From the NCBI GenBank assembly GCA_964344415.1, contig CAYFMS010000001.1:250620-314619 (forward strand): a DNA stretch of 64,000 bases, in the 5' to 3' direction. The translations under genes were made by a program, and so were the position numbers. Position 1 is the stretch's first letter; every line of letters begins with the position of its first letter. The notes beneath the pieces were generated by a model. It was not told the DNA's origin, did no database searches, and was given only the letters and a program-made list of their open reading frames with translations. The stretch comes from an uncultured Gammaproteobacteria bacterium (GTDB lineage Bacteria > Patescibacteriota > Patescibacteriia > UBA9934). Positions 8,765 through 18,752 of the stretch are shown one piece after another.

Positions 8765-10864
8765 ATGGCACGAGAATATCCACTCGATAAGATTCGAAAT
8801 ATTGGAATTATTGCCCACATTGATGCGGGGAAGACAACGACGACAGAACGCGTTCTTTTCTACACAGGAAAGAAGCATAAGCTTGGAGAGGTTCATGAAG
8901 GTGAAGCGGAAATGGACTGGATGGAACAGGAGCAGGAGCGTGGAATCACGATTACATCTGCTGCAACAACATGTTTTTGGAAGGATCATCGAATTAATAT
9001 TATCGATACGCCAGGTCACGTTGACTTTACGGTAGAGGTAGAACGATCTCTTCGTGTTCTCGATGGTGGTGTGACCGTATTTGACGGTGTAGCTGGTGTT
9101 GAGCCTCAGTCGGAAACGGTTTGGCGACAAGCTGATAAATATAATGTTCCTCGAATTTGTTTCGTTAACAAGCTTGACCGAACAGGTGCAGATTTCATGA
9201 AAGATCTTGAATCGATTCGAAATCGTCTTACGAAGAAGGCGCACCCTGTTCAGCTTCCAATTGGTGCCGAGGATCAATTTGAGGGAATTATTGACCTTCT
9301 TAAGATGAAGGCATTCATGTACCGAGATGAGGAAGGAAGACAAATTGATGAAATTGAAATCCCAGATGAATATAAGGCGCAGGCTGAAGAATGGCGCGGG
9401 AAGCTCATCGAAGCGATCGCTGAAAATGATGAAGAATTGATGGATCAGTACATTTCTGGTGAAGAACTTGCTTATGATGATTTGATTCGGGTTCTTCGAA
9501 AGGCAACAATCGAGCTTGAAATTTTCCCTGTTCTTCTAGGAACGGCCCTTAAGAATAAAGGTGTACAGCTTATGCTTGATGCTGTTGTTGCACTTCTTCC
9601 ATCACCGCTTGATATTCCTGCGGTTGAAGGATTCCACCCAGATGATGAAGAGAATGTTATGAAGCGCGAAGCTTCAGATTCAGCACCATTTTCAGCACTA
9701 GCTTTCAAGATTGCTGCTGACCCATTCGTTGGAAAGCTCGCATTCTTCCGAGTATATTCTGGTGTTTTGAAGTCAGGATCATATGTCCTCAATACAACGA
9801 CTGGTAAAAAAGAACGTATTTCTCGTATTGTTCGACTTCATGCAAATTCTCGTGAAGAGGTGCAGGAAGTATATGCTGGTGAAATCGCAGCAGCGGTAGG
9901 ACTCAAAGAAACAACGACTGGTAATACACTTTGTGATCCAGATAATCCTGTTGTTCTGGAATCAATTACATTCCCAGAGCCTGTTATCTCTCTTGCTCTT
10001 GAGCCACTTACGAAAGCTGACCAAGAAAAGATGTCTCTTGCGCTTTCAAAACTTGCGGAAGAAGATCCTACATTCCGTGTACGAACGGATGAGGAAACAA
10101 TGCAGACAATCGTTTCAGGAATGGGAGAACTTCACCTTGAAATTATTGTTGACCGCATGAAGCGCGAATACAATGTTGAAGTAAATGTTGGTCGTCCGCA
10201 GGTAAGTTACCGCGAAACGATCCGAGGCAGCGCAGAAGCGGAAGGTAAATACGTAAAGCAGTCTGGTGGTCGTGGACAATATGGTCACTGTTGGCTACGA
10301 ATCGAACCAATCGTTCAGGAAGAAAATGAGGAAGAGGAACCAAAGAATTTCGAATTCTTTAGTGAAATCAAGGGTGGTGCTATTCCTAATGAATACATCC
10401 CAGCTGTTCAAAAGGGTGCACGAGAAGCAATGGATCGAGGTGTTGTAGCCGGATATCCGCTGATCAATGTACGAGCAACGGTTTATGATGGTTCTTACCA
10501 TGATGTTGACTCGAATGAAGCGGCATTTAAGATGGCTGGATCAATGGCATTCCAAGCAGCAGCGAAGCTTGCTAGCCCGGTACTTCTTGAGCCGGTGATG
10601 AAAGTTGAAGTTGTGACGCCAGAAGAATTCATGGGAACTGTTATCGGTGACTTGAATGCAAAGCGTGCGCAAATTCAGGAAATGGGTGACCGTGGTGATG
10701 TAAAAACGGTTCAGGCACTTGTTCCACTCGCTGAAATGTTCGGATATGCAACGCAGCTTCGATCAAATACGCAGGGACGTGCAAGTTACAGCATGGAATT
10801 CCACGAATATCAGGAAGTTCCAAATAATATTGCAGAAGCAATCAAAGAAAAGCGAAATGCATAA
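8765..10864 (+). CDS. fusA: Elongation factor G
   Basis: [20 protein letters not shown]...[10 protein letters not shown]-domain motifs, 699 aa. Confidence 0.95.
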   Translation: MAREYPLDKIRNIGIIAHIDAGKTTTTERVLFYTGKKHKLGEVHEGEAEMDWMEQEQERGITITSAATTCFWKDHRINIIDTPGHVDFTVEVERSLRVLDGGVTVFDGVAGVEPQSETVWRQADKYNVPRICFVNKLDRTGADFMKDLESIRNRLTKKAHPVQLPIGAEDQFEGIIDLLKMKAFMYRDEEGRQIDEIEIPDEYKAQAEEWRGKLIEAIAENDEELMDQYISGEELAYDDLIRVLRKATIELEIFPVLLGTALKNKGVQLMLDAVVALLPSPLDIPAVEGFHPDDEENVMKREASDSAPFSALAFKIAADPFVGKLAFFRVYSGVLKSGSYVLNTTTGKKERISRIVRLHANSREEVQEVYAGEIAAAVGLKETTTGNTLCDPDNPVVLESITFPEPVISLALEPLTKADQEKMSLALSKLAEEDPTFRVRTDEETMQTIVSGMGELHLEIIVDRMKREYNVEVNVGRPQVSYRETIRGSAEAEGKYVKQSGGRGQYGHCWLRIEPIVQEENEEEEPKNFEFFSEIKGGAIPNEYIPAVQKGAREAMDRGVVAGYPLINVRATVYDGSYHDVDSNEAAFKMAGSMAFQAAAKLASPVLLEPVMKVEVVTPEEFMGTVIGDLNAKRAQIQEMGDRGDVKTVQALVPLAEMFGYATQLRSNTQGRASYSMEFHEYQEVPNNIAEAIKEKRNA

Positions 10865-10874
10865 TTCGCAGTAA

Positions 10875-10899
10875 TGAGACCTCGAAAGGGGTCTTTTTA
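10875..10899 (+). terminator. Terminator after fusA
   Basis: GAGACC-TCGAAAG-GGGTCT + TTTTT. Confidence 0.5.
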
Positions 10900-10986
10900 C
10901 TTTTCTAAATTTATATTGGACTTCATACGCATTTTTTGTCCTTGACTCAATTTGCGACTTCGTTAAGATGCAGGAAAGAATGCAAT

Positions 10987-11337
10987 ATGAATGAACAAGG
11001 TTTACAGCGCCTAATTCAGGCCGCTAAAAGAATAGGGGGACCATTAATTGTGACAGATGCATCTGGTGATGAACCTGTTGTTATTGTGCCGCTACATGAA
11101 TATGAATCAATGCTCGGTACGGCGCCTGCTCCTGAAATTCCTGTAGAAACTGATGCGGTGAAAGAAGATGCTGGCTTTATAGAGCAGGGGGGTGAGATTC
11201 CAGAAATCAGTCAGGAAGTGTTTGAAGAATTGGGCCAAGTGACGGAAGAATCCATTCCTGTGCAGCCTGTAGTAAAAGCGCAGGAAGCTCCATCTATTCC
11301 TGGCGAAGAGCAATTTTATTTAGAACCGATTGAATAA
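10987..11337 (+). CDS. Hypothetical protein with Phd/YefM-antitoxin-like N-terminal segment and acidic tail
   Basis: AGGAAAG RBS then ATG 10987; GGPLIVTDASGDEPVVIVPLHEYESMLG resembles the YefM/Phd core; no cognate toxin nearby. Confidence 0.4.
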   Translation: MNEQGLQRLIQAAKRIGGPLIVTDASGDEPVVIVPLHEYESMLGTAPAPEIPVETDAVKEDAGFIEQGGEIPEISQEVFEELGQVTEESIPVQPVVKAQEAPSIPGEEQFYLEPIE

Positions 11338-11378
11338 AAAAATGAACCCCGCAGCGAGTACTGCGGGGTTTTGTCTTT
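11338..11378. terminator. Bidirectional terminator hairpin (copy 1 of duplicated hairpin)
   Basis: AAAAAATGAACCCCGCAGCGAGTACTGCGGGGTTTTGTCTTT; A-run and T-run on either side; near-identical to 12339..12376. Confidence 0.55.
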
Positions 11379-11425
11379 ATAAAGCGTCTCAGGCGGAGCC
11401 TGACATGGCTTCACGGAGCAAGTGC

Positions 11426-12145
11426 CTAGCTCTTGTACTCCCGGATGACGGCCGCGGAGCACAAGCGGAACGAGTCGCCGACGTAGTTACCGACGAGCTC
11501 CGCGTCGCCGCGGTGCCATACGGAGGGCGAGACCGACCGCGCGTTGCAGCTCGGCACGGAGAGGAGTAGGGCAGCGAGAATGGCATAGGGCACGTTGATC
11601 CCGTCCATCTGCTCGACCCACTTCTGGCTTTGCGATGCGTTGAAGATCACCGCGAAGTCTGCGAGCTTGTCGGCCTGCGTCCTCTGGACCCCGCACAGCA
11701 CGATACCGTGCTGGTGACCCCAGTTTGCACTGAAATCCACGGCCTGCACCTGAATGGTGTTCGGCCGGAACTCACGGGTACCCGGGATAAGCTCGATACG
11801 CTTGTCGTCGACCCCGCTCGCATAGGCCTCATTCCACTCGACGTAGCGGTCGCCCCAGGTCTCCTTCATGCGGGCGCAACCGTAGAGGAGCGTGGCCGGG
11901 ATGGATTCGCGGTAGACCACGACGACGAGGTCGAGGAGGTGGTTGCTCGGGCTCTCGGCCTCGAAGCCCGCGATGGTTCCGTCCTTGCGAGCACGCTCGA
12001 CGGCGGCATCCACATCGGCTGGATTAATGCCCGGCCAGGACTTGACCATTTCGACCTTGTCCGCGAGCGGCGTGAACCGTCCGTGGATGAGGTGGAAGGC
12101 CTGCTGAGAATTTACCCAGGCCGCTAGGGTAGCGATGGATTCCAT
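11426..12145 (-). CDS. Hypothetical protein A (GC-rich island; paralog of 42637..43407 and of the C-terminal part of 12408..13205)
   Basis: AAGAGG RBS then ATG (MESIATLAAW...); about 60% G+C; shared motifs HLIHgrFtPlAD and QH...W..VPyaIL with paralogs. Confidence 0.55.
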   Translation of the reverse strand: MESIATLAAWVNSQQAFHLIHGRFTPLADKVEMVKSWPGINPADVDAAVERARKDGTIAGFEAESPSNHLLDLVVVVYRESIPATLLYGCARMKETWGDRYVEWNEAYASGVDDKRIELIPGTREFRPNTIQVQAVDFSANWGHQHGIVLCGVQRTQADKLADFAVIFNASQSQKWVEQMDGINVPYAILAALLLSVPSCNARSVSPSVWHRGDAELVGNYVGDSFRLCSAAVIREYKS

Positions 12146-12338
12146 CGGACACCTCTTAGGAACGCCGTCAGGGTTGATTGTCTGGCACCATCCAGATCCA
12201 ATCAGTGGCCTATTGTTGATTACGGCTTCCTGGGGTTTTGGAGAAACCACAAAAAGCCGTATTCAACAGTGAAACTAGGCTAATAATTTAGTAAAGAACA
12301 AGACATGAATATACCGTAAATTAGCCATTTTGTCAATG

Positions 12339-12376
12339 AAAAAATGAACCCCGCAGCGAGTGCTGCGGGGTTTTGC
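12339..12376 (-). terminator. Terminator hairpin (copy 2, 37/38 nt identical to 11338..11378)
   Basis: AAAAAATGAACCCCGCAGCGAGTGCTGCGGGGTTTTG. Confidence 0.5.
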
Positions 12377-12407
12377 GATGTCATGGCATCACATCACGAT
12401 CCAAGCT

Positions 12408-13205
12408 CTACCCGATGGAGGGCACCGAGTAGTGCGAGTAGTCATTGTAACGCCGGCGAGCATTCAGGCGCGTCTCGCCATCGCTCGGGTAGCGGGACAC
12501 GCACGGAACAAATGACCGAGAATCGCCCCCCGACTCATAGCCGGCGCAGAACCACGCGCACCACTCGTCGTAGTCGATGACATGCACGCGGTCCGGCACG
12601 AGCCATGCGAGCACGAGACCTTCGTCTGCGAGGGACTTTGGGCCGCTCACCGACGTCACGGAGACGCGCATGCGGTGCTGCGATAGGTTAGGTATAATGA
12701 TCCACTCGACCACCGGCTTGTGGCTTTCATTGCCCACGAGCAGGCGAAGACGATCCACGGGCTTACCCCGGCAGGGCTGCACTCTAGAGAGGAGATGCTT
12801 CCCGCGCGAGTAGTTATCGTGGACGTGCTCGATTGCCGCAGCATGCGCCTCGAAGGTCTTGATGACTCCGTTACTTCCATCGCCAAAGCGAATACGGAAG
12901 CTGCGGTAGGCGTCACGACCCTCGGGCCACGCGGGAGCGGTCTTGGCGAGGCGTGCAAACACGTCCTCCTCGATACCCCAACCACCCAGCTCATTCTGAC
13001 GACGAAATGCAGCGAGCTGCTCCTCGACCGTCTGCTCGAACGGGTTCTTGTTGGCGAGCCAGGGGTTCTCCTTGCGCAGGAAGCGCTTGAATGCGTGCAG
13101 CCATATGCCGCCGTTGGGTCCCGCGAGCTTCGCGAGAAGGTCACTGATCGGTCCGGCCGCTTCAGCCAGAGCGATACTGTCGAGCATGGACTTCTCCATG
13201 GTCAA
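12408..13205 (-). CDS. Hypothetical protein B (GC-rich island)
   Basis: AGAGGAG RBS then ATG (MTMEKSML...); C-terminal WFCAGYESGGDSRSFVPCVSRYPSDG region alignable to the C-terminus of protein C. Confidence 0.6.
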   Translation of the reverse strand: MTMEKSMLDSIALAEAAGPISDLLAKLAGPNGGIWLHAFKRFLRKENPWLANKNPFEQTVEEQLAAFRRQNELGGWGIEEDVFARLAKTAPAWPEGRDAYRSFRIRFGDGSNGVIKTFEAHAAAIEHVHDNYSRGKHLLSRVQPCRGKPVDRLRLLVGNESHKPVVEWIIIPNLSQHRMRVSVTSVSGPKSLADEGLVLAWLVPDRVHVIDYDEWCAWFCAGYESGGDSRSFVPCVSRYPSDGETRLNARRRYNDYSHYSVPSIG

Positions 13206-13474
13206 CTCCTCTTATCAAGTGCCGCCGGTGCAGTGTTCCTGGAAGCCAGGGTTACACGTAACCATTTTGTTGAAAGCGGCGTCTTAATGCCTTGTTTAAA
13301 GCAGTAAAACACCACTTTCAACACTTGAAACTTGTCTATTTTTAGTAATGAACAAGCAGGGAATGTAGCATATTTAGACGATTTTGTCAATCATTTCACA
13401 TTAATGTTTTATGGTGCTCGGTAATGAAAAATATCATTATGAGATGCATGTAAAAAATCTTTATGGCTGGGGCT

Positions 13475-13502
13475 TGCAAAGTTTTTTATATTTTGCTACA
13501 CT
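13475..13502 (+). promoter_or_regulatory. Candidate promoter upstream of tuf (TTGCAA-16-TACACT)
   Basis: AT-rich spacer between GC island and tuf with sigma70-like hexamers. Confidence 0.3.
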
Positions 13503-13560
13503 CTCGGCACTTATCGCTATTAGGCGGTAGAGAAAATAACCCCCATAAATTTTAACTAAT

Positions 13561-14739
13561 ATGGCAGAACAGTTTGATCGTTCAAAGCCGCATGTAAACG
13601 TTGGAACAATTGGTCACGTTGACCATGGAAAGACGACTACAACGGCTGCACTTTCTCTTCTTTTCTCACCAGAAGGTCAGAAAAAGGAGTTTGCAAATAT
13701 TGATAACGCTCCGGAAGAACGAGAGCGTGGTATTACGATTGCTACTTCACATGTGGAGTATGAATCAGAAGCGCGTCACTATGCGCATGTTGACTGTCCA
13801 GGTCACGCAGACTACGTAAAAAACATGATTACGGGTGCTGCACAAATGGATGGTGCAATTTTGGTTGTGTCAGCGGCTGATGGTCCAATGCCTCAGACGC
13901 GTGAGCACATTCTTCTTGCTCGTCAGGTTGGAGTACCTAAGATTGTTGTATTCCTTAACAAGACAGACATGGTTGATGACCCAGAGCTTATCGATCTTGT
14001 TGAAGAAGAGGTTCGTGACCTTTTGAAGACATATGAATTCCCTGGAGATGAAACTCCTGTGATTCGTGGATCAGCTCTTAAGGCTGTTGAAGGTGATGAA
14101 GAAGGAAAGAAAGCTATTGCTGAGCTCGTAAAGGCACTTGATGATTACATTCCAACACCGGAACGTGATACAGAAAAGCCATTCCTTATGCCAGTTGAGG
14201 ATGTATTCTCAATTGAAGGACGAGGTACAGTTGTAACTGGTCGAATCGAACGTGGAACAATCAACTTGAACGATGAAATCGAAATGGTTGGTTTGAAGGA
14301 CACAACGAAGACTGTTGTTACTGGAATCGAAATGTTTAATAAGCAGCTCGACAAGGGTATGGCTGGTGACAATGCTGGTCTTCTCCTTCGAGGTGTGAAG
14401 AAGGAAGACGTGATGCGTGGAATGGTACTTTCTGCTCCAGGATCAGTGACTCCTCATACAAAGTTCGAAGCTGAACTCCTTGCTCTTACAAAGGAAGAAG
14501 GTGGACGACATAAGCCATTCTTTAAGGGATACAAGCCTCAGTTCTACATCCGAACAACAGATGTAACAGGTGAGGTAACAACTCTTCCAGAAGGAACAGA
14601 AATGGTAATGCCTGGTGATACAGTAAATGTTACTGTTGAACTTATTCAGCCAGTTGCTATTGAAGAACAGATGCGTTTCGCTATCCGAGAGGGTGGACGA
14701 ACGGTTGGAGCTGGTGTTGTAACGAAAATTGTTGAATAG
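13561..14739 (+). CDS. tuf: Elongation factor Tu
   Basis: [18 protein letters not shown]...[26 protein letters not shown]. Confidence 0.95.
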   Translation: MAEQFDRSKPHVNVGTIGHVDHGKTTTTAALSLLFSPEGQKKEFANIDNAPEERERGITIATSHVEYESEARHYAHVDCPGHADYVKNMITGAAQMDGAILVVSAADGPMPQTREHILLARQVGVPKIVVFLNKTDMVDDPELIDLVEEEVRDLLKTYEFPGDETPVIRGSALKAVEGDEEGKKAIAELVKALDDYIPTPERDTEKPFLMPVEDVFSIEGRGTVVTGRIERGTINLNDEIEMVGLKDTTKTVVTGIEMFNKQLDKGMAGDNAGLLLRGVKKEDVMRGMVLSAPGSVTPHTKFEAELLALTKEEGGRHKPFFKGYKPQFYIRTTDVTGEVTTLPEGTEMVMPGDTVNVTVELIQPVAIEEQMRFAIREGGRTVGAGVVTKIVE

Positions 14740-14792
14740 ATGACGATGATGGCGAAGCAATTCGCCATCTTGTCTTACTCGTACCTTGAACT

Positions 14793-15116
14793 ATGACAGA
14801 AACACAAGACGTAAAATCTCGAATTCGTATAAAGATTCGTGCTTATGACCATAAGATTGTCGATGCGGCAACGCAGACGATTATCAAAACGGTTCATCGT
14901 GGTGGAGCGAAGGTCCTTGGGCCAGTGCCGCTTCCAACGGAAAAGCGAAAATATACAGTGAACCGATCAACCTTTGTACATAAAAGGTCTCGAGATCAGT
15001 ATGAAATGCGAATTCACAAACGTCTCATCGATATCGTAAATCCATCGGAGGGGGTTGTTGACTCATTGATGTCACTCAATTTACCGGCGGGTGTAGATAT
15101 CGAGATCAAAATGTAG
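14793..15116 (+). CDS. rpsJ: 30S ribosomal protein S10
   Basis: IRIKIRAYDHKIVDAATQTIIKTVHRGGAKVLGPVPLPTEKRKYTVNRS. Confidence 0.95.
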   Translation: MTETQDVKSRIRIKIRAYDHKIVDAATQTIIKTVHRGGAKVLGPVPLPTEKRKYTVNRSTFVHKRSRDQYEMRIHKRLIDIVNPSEGVVDSLMSLNLPAGVDIEIKM

Positions 15117-15542
15117 TCGGACGGCATATTTGGTCCACTTTCGGCTCATGGATCCTGACAAGCTTCGTTACCGTACGTTTCAGTACGGCGCCTCGCTTGC
15201 CTTCCATTCACCGAAATTGAATTCAAATTTACCATCCTCTGCTACAAACAGAATATCAAATCATAGATTCATGGATTGACGCGGCTAGCAATAGCTGGCT
15301 GCGCGAGTTCATGAGAACTCTAAACATTCCGGATTGAACCGAGAAGAAAGATTCGCTCGCGAAAAACCTTCTCGAAGCTTCAAGAGGAATAAGAAAGCAA
15401 CGCAATTAACAAATTTATTCATTCTACACAAACTGAGTTCATTAATGGCTAGAGGCCGTTAATTATTTCTTTGTGTAATAATTGATGACCTCTAGTCTTT
15501 ATTTATTGACTGGAACATTATTACTCAGGTCCTAATGAATAT

Positions 15543-16163
15543 ATGAAAGTCCTCTTAGGAAAAAAACTTGAAATGTCTCAGGTTTTCAAAGAAGACGGTA
15601 AAGTTGTACCGGTAACGCTTGTACAAGCGGGTCCATGTACAGTAACAACCGTTCGTGAAAATCCTGCCGGACATAAGACGGCCGTGCTTGGCTTTGGACA
15701 TAAAAAGTCCGTAAATAAAGCACAAAAAGATGAGTGGAAAGATCTTGGTTCTTTTGCTATCACTCGTGAATTCCCAATCGGTGATGAACAGGTTGAGAAG
15801 GGTCAGACTATTGATGTAACGACATTTGAGGAGGGGCAAAAGGTAACAGTTATCGGAACATCAAAAGGAAAAGGTTTCCAAGGTGTTGTAAAGCGGCATA
15901 ATTTCCGTGGATCAAAAGCAACACATGGTAACAAAGACCAACTTCGTATGCCTGGATCCATTGGTGCTCTTGGACCACAAAAAGTGTTCAAAGGAGTTCG
16001 AATGGCAGGACGAATGGGTGGTGAGCGTGTGACGGTGAAGAATCTTGAAATCGTCCAAATCGACACAAAGCAAAATATTCTTGCAGTAAAAGGAGCTATT
16101 CCTGGTGCTCGAGGTAGTTTTGTGACAATTACAACATCTGATGGAAATGTATGGCACAAGTAA
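15543..16163 (+). CDS. rplC: 50S ribosomal protein L3
   Basis: MKVLLGKKLEMSQVF...VTVIGTSKGKGFQGVVKRHNFRG. Confidence 0.95.
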   Translation: MKVLLGKKLEMSQVFKEDGKVVPVTLVQAGPCTVTTVRENPAGHKTAVLGFGHKKSVNKAQKDEWKDLGSFAITREFPIGDEQVEKGQTIDVTTFEEGQKVTVIGTSKGKGFQGVVKRHNFRGSKATHGNKDQLRMPGSIGALGPQKVFKGVRMAGRMGGERVTVKNLEIVQIDTKQNILAVKGAIPGARGSFVTITTSDGNVWHK

Positions 16164-16783
16164 ATCTCTACAAAAAAGACGGAAAGGAAGCGGGAGTTAT
16201 TGAACTTCCAGACGCTCTTTTTAGTGTTGCGGTAAAGCCATCACTTATTCATGAAGTGATTGTTGCGCAAGACGCTAATAGCCGAAAGATTCTTGGAGTT
16301 ACAAAAGACCGAAGCGAAGTTCGCGGTGGTGGTCGTAAGCCTTGGAAGCAGAAAGGTACTGGACGTGCTCGTCACGGATCTCGTCGTAGCCCAATTTGGG
16401 TTGGCGGAGGTGTGACATTTGGTCCAAATGCTCTTCGCAATTTCGCTAAGAAGGTGAACAAAAAAGTTCGTCGAAAAGCAATTGCGATGCTTCTATCGGA
16501 CAAAGTAAAGTCTGGTGAATTCATTGTTGTTGAAGATTTCGCATTTGATGTTCCAAAAACATCTGTGATTGCTCGCATGCGGCAGGCACTTCCTGGAAGT
16601 GATGCAACAGCTCTTCTTATTACAACAAAGGAAGATGAAGCGATTATTCGCGGAACACAGAATTTGCCAAAAACACAGACGATTGCTGCACATAGCTTGA
16701 ATGCAAGAGATTTAGCGAAATATCGCTATGTCATTGCTTCAAAGTCAGCGCTCGACATTGTTAAAGAAACATATTTAGCATAG
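16151..16783 (+). CDS. rplD: 50S ribosomal protein L4
   Basis: RGGGRKPWKQKGTGRARHGSRRSPIWVGGGVTFGP. Confidence 0.95.
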   Translation: MAQVNLYKKDGKEAGVIELPDALFSVAVKPSLIHEVIVAQDANSRKILGVTKDRSEVRGGGRKPWKQKGTGRARHGSRRSPIWVGGGVTFGPNALRNFAKKVNKKVRRKAIAMLLSDKVKSGEFIVVEDFAFDVPKTSVIARMRQALPGSDATALLITTKEDEAIIRGTQNLPKTQTIAAHSLNARDLAKYRYVIASKSALDIVKETYLA

Positions 16784-16787
16784 TCAT

Positions 16788-17213
16788 ATGGGTATTTTCA
16801 AAAAAGAAGAAACAACTCAAAAGAAGAGCGTTGCTGCCGAGGTAACTCGCAAAAAGGCAAAGAAGTCTGAAAAGAAGCCTGAAACTGCAAAGAAAGCGAC
16901 AGCAAAGAAAAAGCAGAAGATGATTTCAAAAGAAGCGCTTAGCGTTATTCTGAAGCCACTTGTTTCAGAAAAATCTGCGCATCTATCTGAGGATAATGTT
17001 CTCGTTCTCCATGTTGCTCCAAGAGCGAATAAAGTACAGATCAAACAAGCATTTCACGAATTGTATAAGGTAATGCCGGAATCGGTAAACATTATCAATG
17101 TTCGCGGGAAGTCAGTGCGATTTGGTCGTACTCGTGGAAAGCGAAGTGATTATAAGAAAGCGATGATTCGCCTACCAAAGGGCACATCAGTCGATATCTT
17201 TGAAGGAGTGTAA
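16788..17213 (+). CDS. rplW: 50S ribosomal protein L23 (Lys-rich N-terminal extension)
   Basis: LKPLVSEKSAHLSEDNVLVLHVAPRANKVQIKQAFHELY. Confidence 0.9.
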   Translation: MGIFKKEETTQKKSVAAEVTRKKAKKSEKKPETAKKATAKKKQKMISKEALSVILKPLVSEKSAHLSEDNVLVLHVAPRANKVQIKQAFHELYKVMPESVNIINVRGKSVRFGRTRGKRSDYKKAMIRLPKGTSVDIFEGV

Positions 17214-17214
17214 T

Positions 17215-18048
17215 ATGGGTATTAAAGTACATAAGCCGACGACACCGGGACGACGAAAATCAAGTGTTCAAACATTTGATGACGTAACGGTGAAACGTCC
17301 ACATAAAAAACTCACAACGAATCGCAAAAAGCATGCCGGTCGTACGAAAGGAAAAATTACTGTACGACATCAAGGTGGTGGTGCGAAGCAGCGTATTCGT
17401 CTTATCGACTGGAAATCGGATAAAATCGACATTCCTGCAAAGGTAAAAACGATTGAATACGATCCAGGGCGAGGTGCACGTATCGCTCTCATTGCTTATG
17501 CCGATGGAGAAAAGCGTTATATGCTTGCTCCAAAAGGTCTCAAGGTTGGAATGGAAGTAATTACGTCAAAGAAAAAAGGCGAAGTAACACCTGGTAATCG
17601 ATACCCTCTATCAATTATTCCTGAAGGAATGAGCATCTACAATATCGAGCTTGAACCCGGAAAAGGTGGGCAGATGGTGCGAGGTGCCGGAGGCTCTGCA
17701 ACGCTTCTCGCCGTTGAAGGTGATTGGGCGACGGTAAAGCTTCCATCTGGCGAAGTTCGTATGGTTCTTAAGAGCTGTATGGCTTCTATCGGAAGTGTAT
17801 CTAATCCAGATTGGCGATTGATTCGTTGGGGTAAGGCCGGACGATCACGTCATCGAGGAAAGCGTCCAGCGGTTCGTGGTAAAGCAATGAACCCAGTTGA
17901 TCACCCTCATGGTGGTGGTGAGGCTCGAAATCCAATCGGACTCAAGCATCCAAAAACACCAACTGGTAAACCAGCTCTTGGTGTAAAAACAAGACGAAAG
18001 AAGAGTTCTGATAAACTTATTCTCCGTCGTCGTAAAGGTAAGAAATAA
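17215..18048 (+). CDS. rplB: 50S ribosomal protein L2
   Basis: AGGAG RBS then ATG 17215; MGIKVHKPTTPGRR...MNPVDHPHGGGEA. Confidence 0.95.
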   Translation: MGIKVHKPTTPGRRKSSVQTFDDVTVKRPHKKLTTNRKKHAGRTKGKITVRHQGGGAKQRIRLIDWKSDKIDIPAKVKTIEYDPGRGARIALIAYADGEKRYMLAPKGLKVGMEVITSKKKGEVTPGNRYPLSIIPEGMSIYNIELEPGKGGQMVRGAGGSATLLAVEGDWATVKLPSGEVRMVLKSCMASIGSVSNPDWRLIRWGKAGRSRHRGKRPAVRGKAMNPVDHPHGGGEARNPIGLKHPKTPTGKPALGVKTRRKKSSDKLILRRRKGKK

Positions 18049-18054
18049 ACGTGT

Positions 18055-18312
18055 ATGTCACGAAGTCTAAAAAAAGGTCCATATATCGATGAAAAACTCA
18101 TGAAAAAGATTGCTGCCGCTACCGCAGGCAAAGGCGTGATCAAGACATGGGCTCGTTCATCAACAATTACACCTGAAATGGTCGGGCATACGCTTGGAAT
18201 TCACAATGGTCGATCATTCATCAATGTAAAAATTGAGGAAAATATGGTTGGTCATAAGCTCGGTGAATTTGCGCCAACGCGCCGATTTACTCGACATGGA
18301 GGAAAAGCCTAG
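18055..18312 (+). CDS. rpsS: 30S ribosomal protein S19
   Basis: [12 protein letters not shown]...[17 protein letters not shown]. Confidence 0.95.
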   Translation: MSRSLKKGPYIDEKLMKKIAAATAGKGVIKTWARSSTITPEMVGHTLGIHNGRSFINVKIEENMVGHKLGEFAPTRRFTRHGGKA

Positions 18313-18321
18313 TCTATTTAT

Positions 18322-18735
18322 ATGCAAGCAAGAGCAGAAGCAAAATATATTCACATGAGCCCACGCAAGGTTCGACTTGTGGTCGATCTTATTCGTGGCA
18401 TGGGAATTAAAGAGGCAAGGCAGCAGTTAACATTCTCAAGAAAGGCAGCAGCAGGTCCAGTACTTAAGGTATTGAATTCTGCCATTGCAAATGCTGAACA
18501 TAACTTAAAAGCTGATACAGCTGATTTCAAGGTTATGGAGGCATTTGTGAATGATGGTCCGACGATGAAGCGATTCCAGCCTCGTGCACATGGACGAGCA
18601 ACACCGCTTCGAAAGAGAATGTCGCATATCACAATTACGGTAGGAAATGGAAAGGAAGATGCTGTGAAGGAAGTGGTAAAGACCGCAAAGAAGGAGGAGT
18701 CAAAAGAAACTCAAGAAAAAACTACCCAGAAGTAA
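18322..18735 (+). CDS. rplV: 50S ribosomal protein L22
   Basis: AKYIHMSPRKVRLVVDLIRGM...RAHGRATPLRKRMSHITI. Confidence 0.95.
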   Translation: MQARAEAKYIHMSPRKVRLVVDLIRGMGIKEARQQLTFSRKAAAGPVLKVLNSAIANAEHNLKADTADFKVMEAFVNDGPTMKRFQPRAHGRATPLRKRMSHITITVGNGKEDAVKEVVKTAKKEESKETQEKTTQK

Positions 18736-18752
18736 ATCCAAAATAAACGATT

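Noticed and set aside
11330-13307. Multiple plus-strand ORFs (11330..11569, 11630..12127, 12344..12580, 12577..12813, 12720..13307) and extra minus-strand ORFs in the GC-rich island
   Set aside because: High G+C depletes stop codons in all frames. Only the two minus-strand genes have RBS-ATG contexts, their own terminators, and paralogy to gene C.
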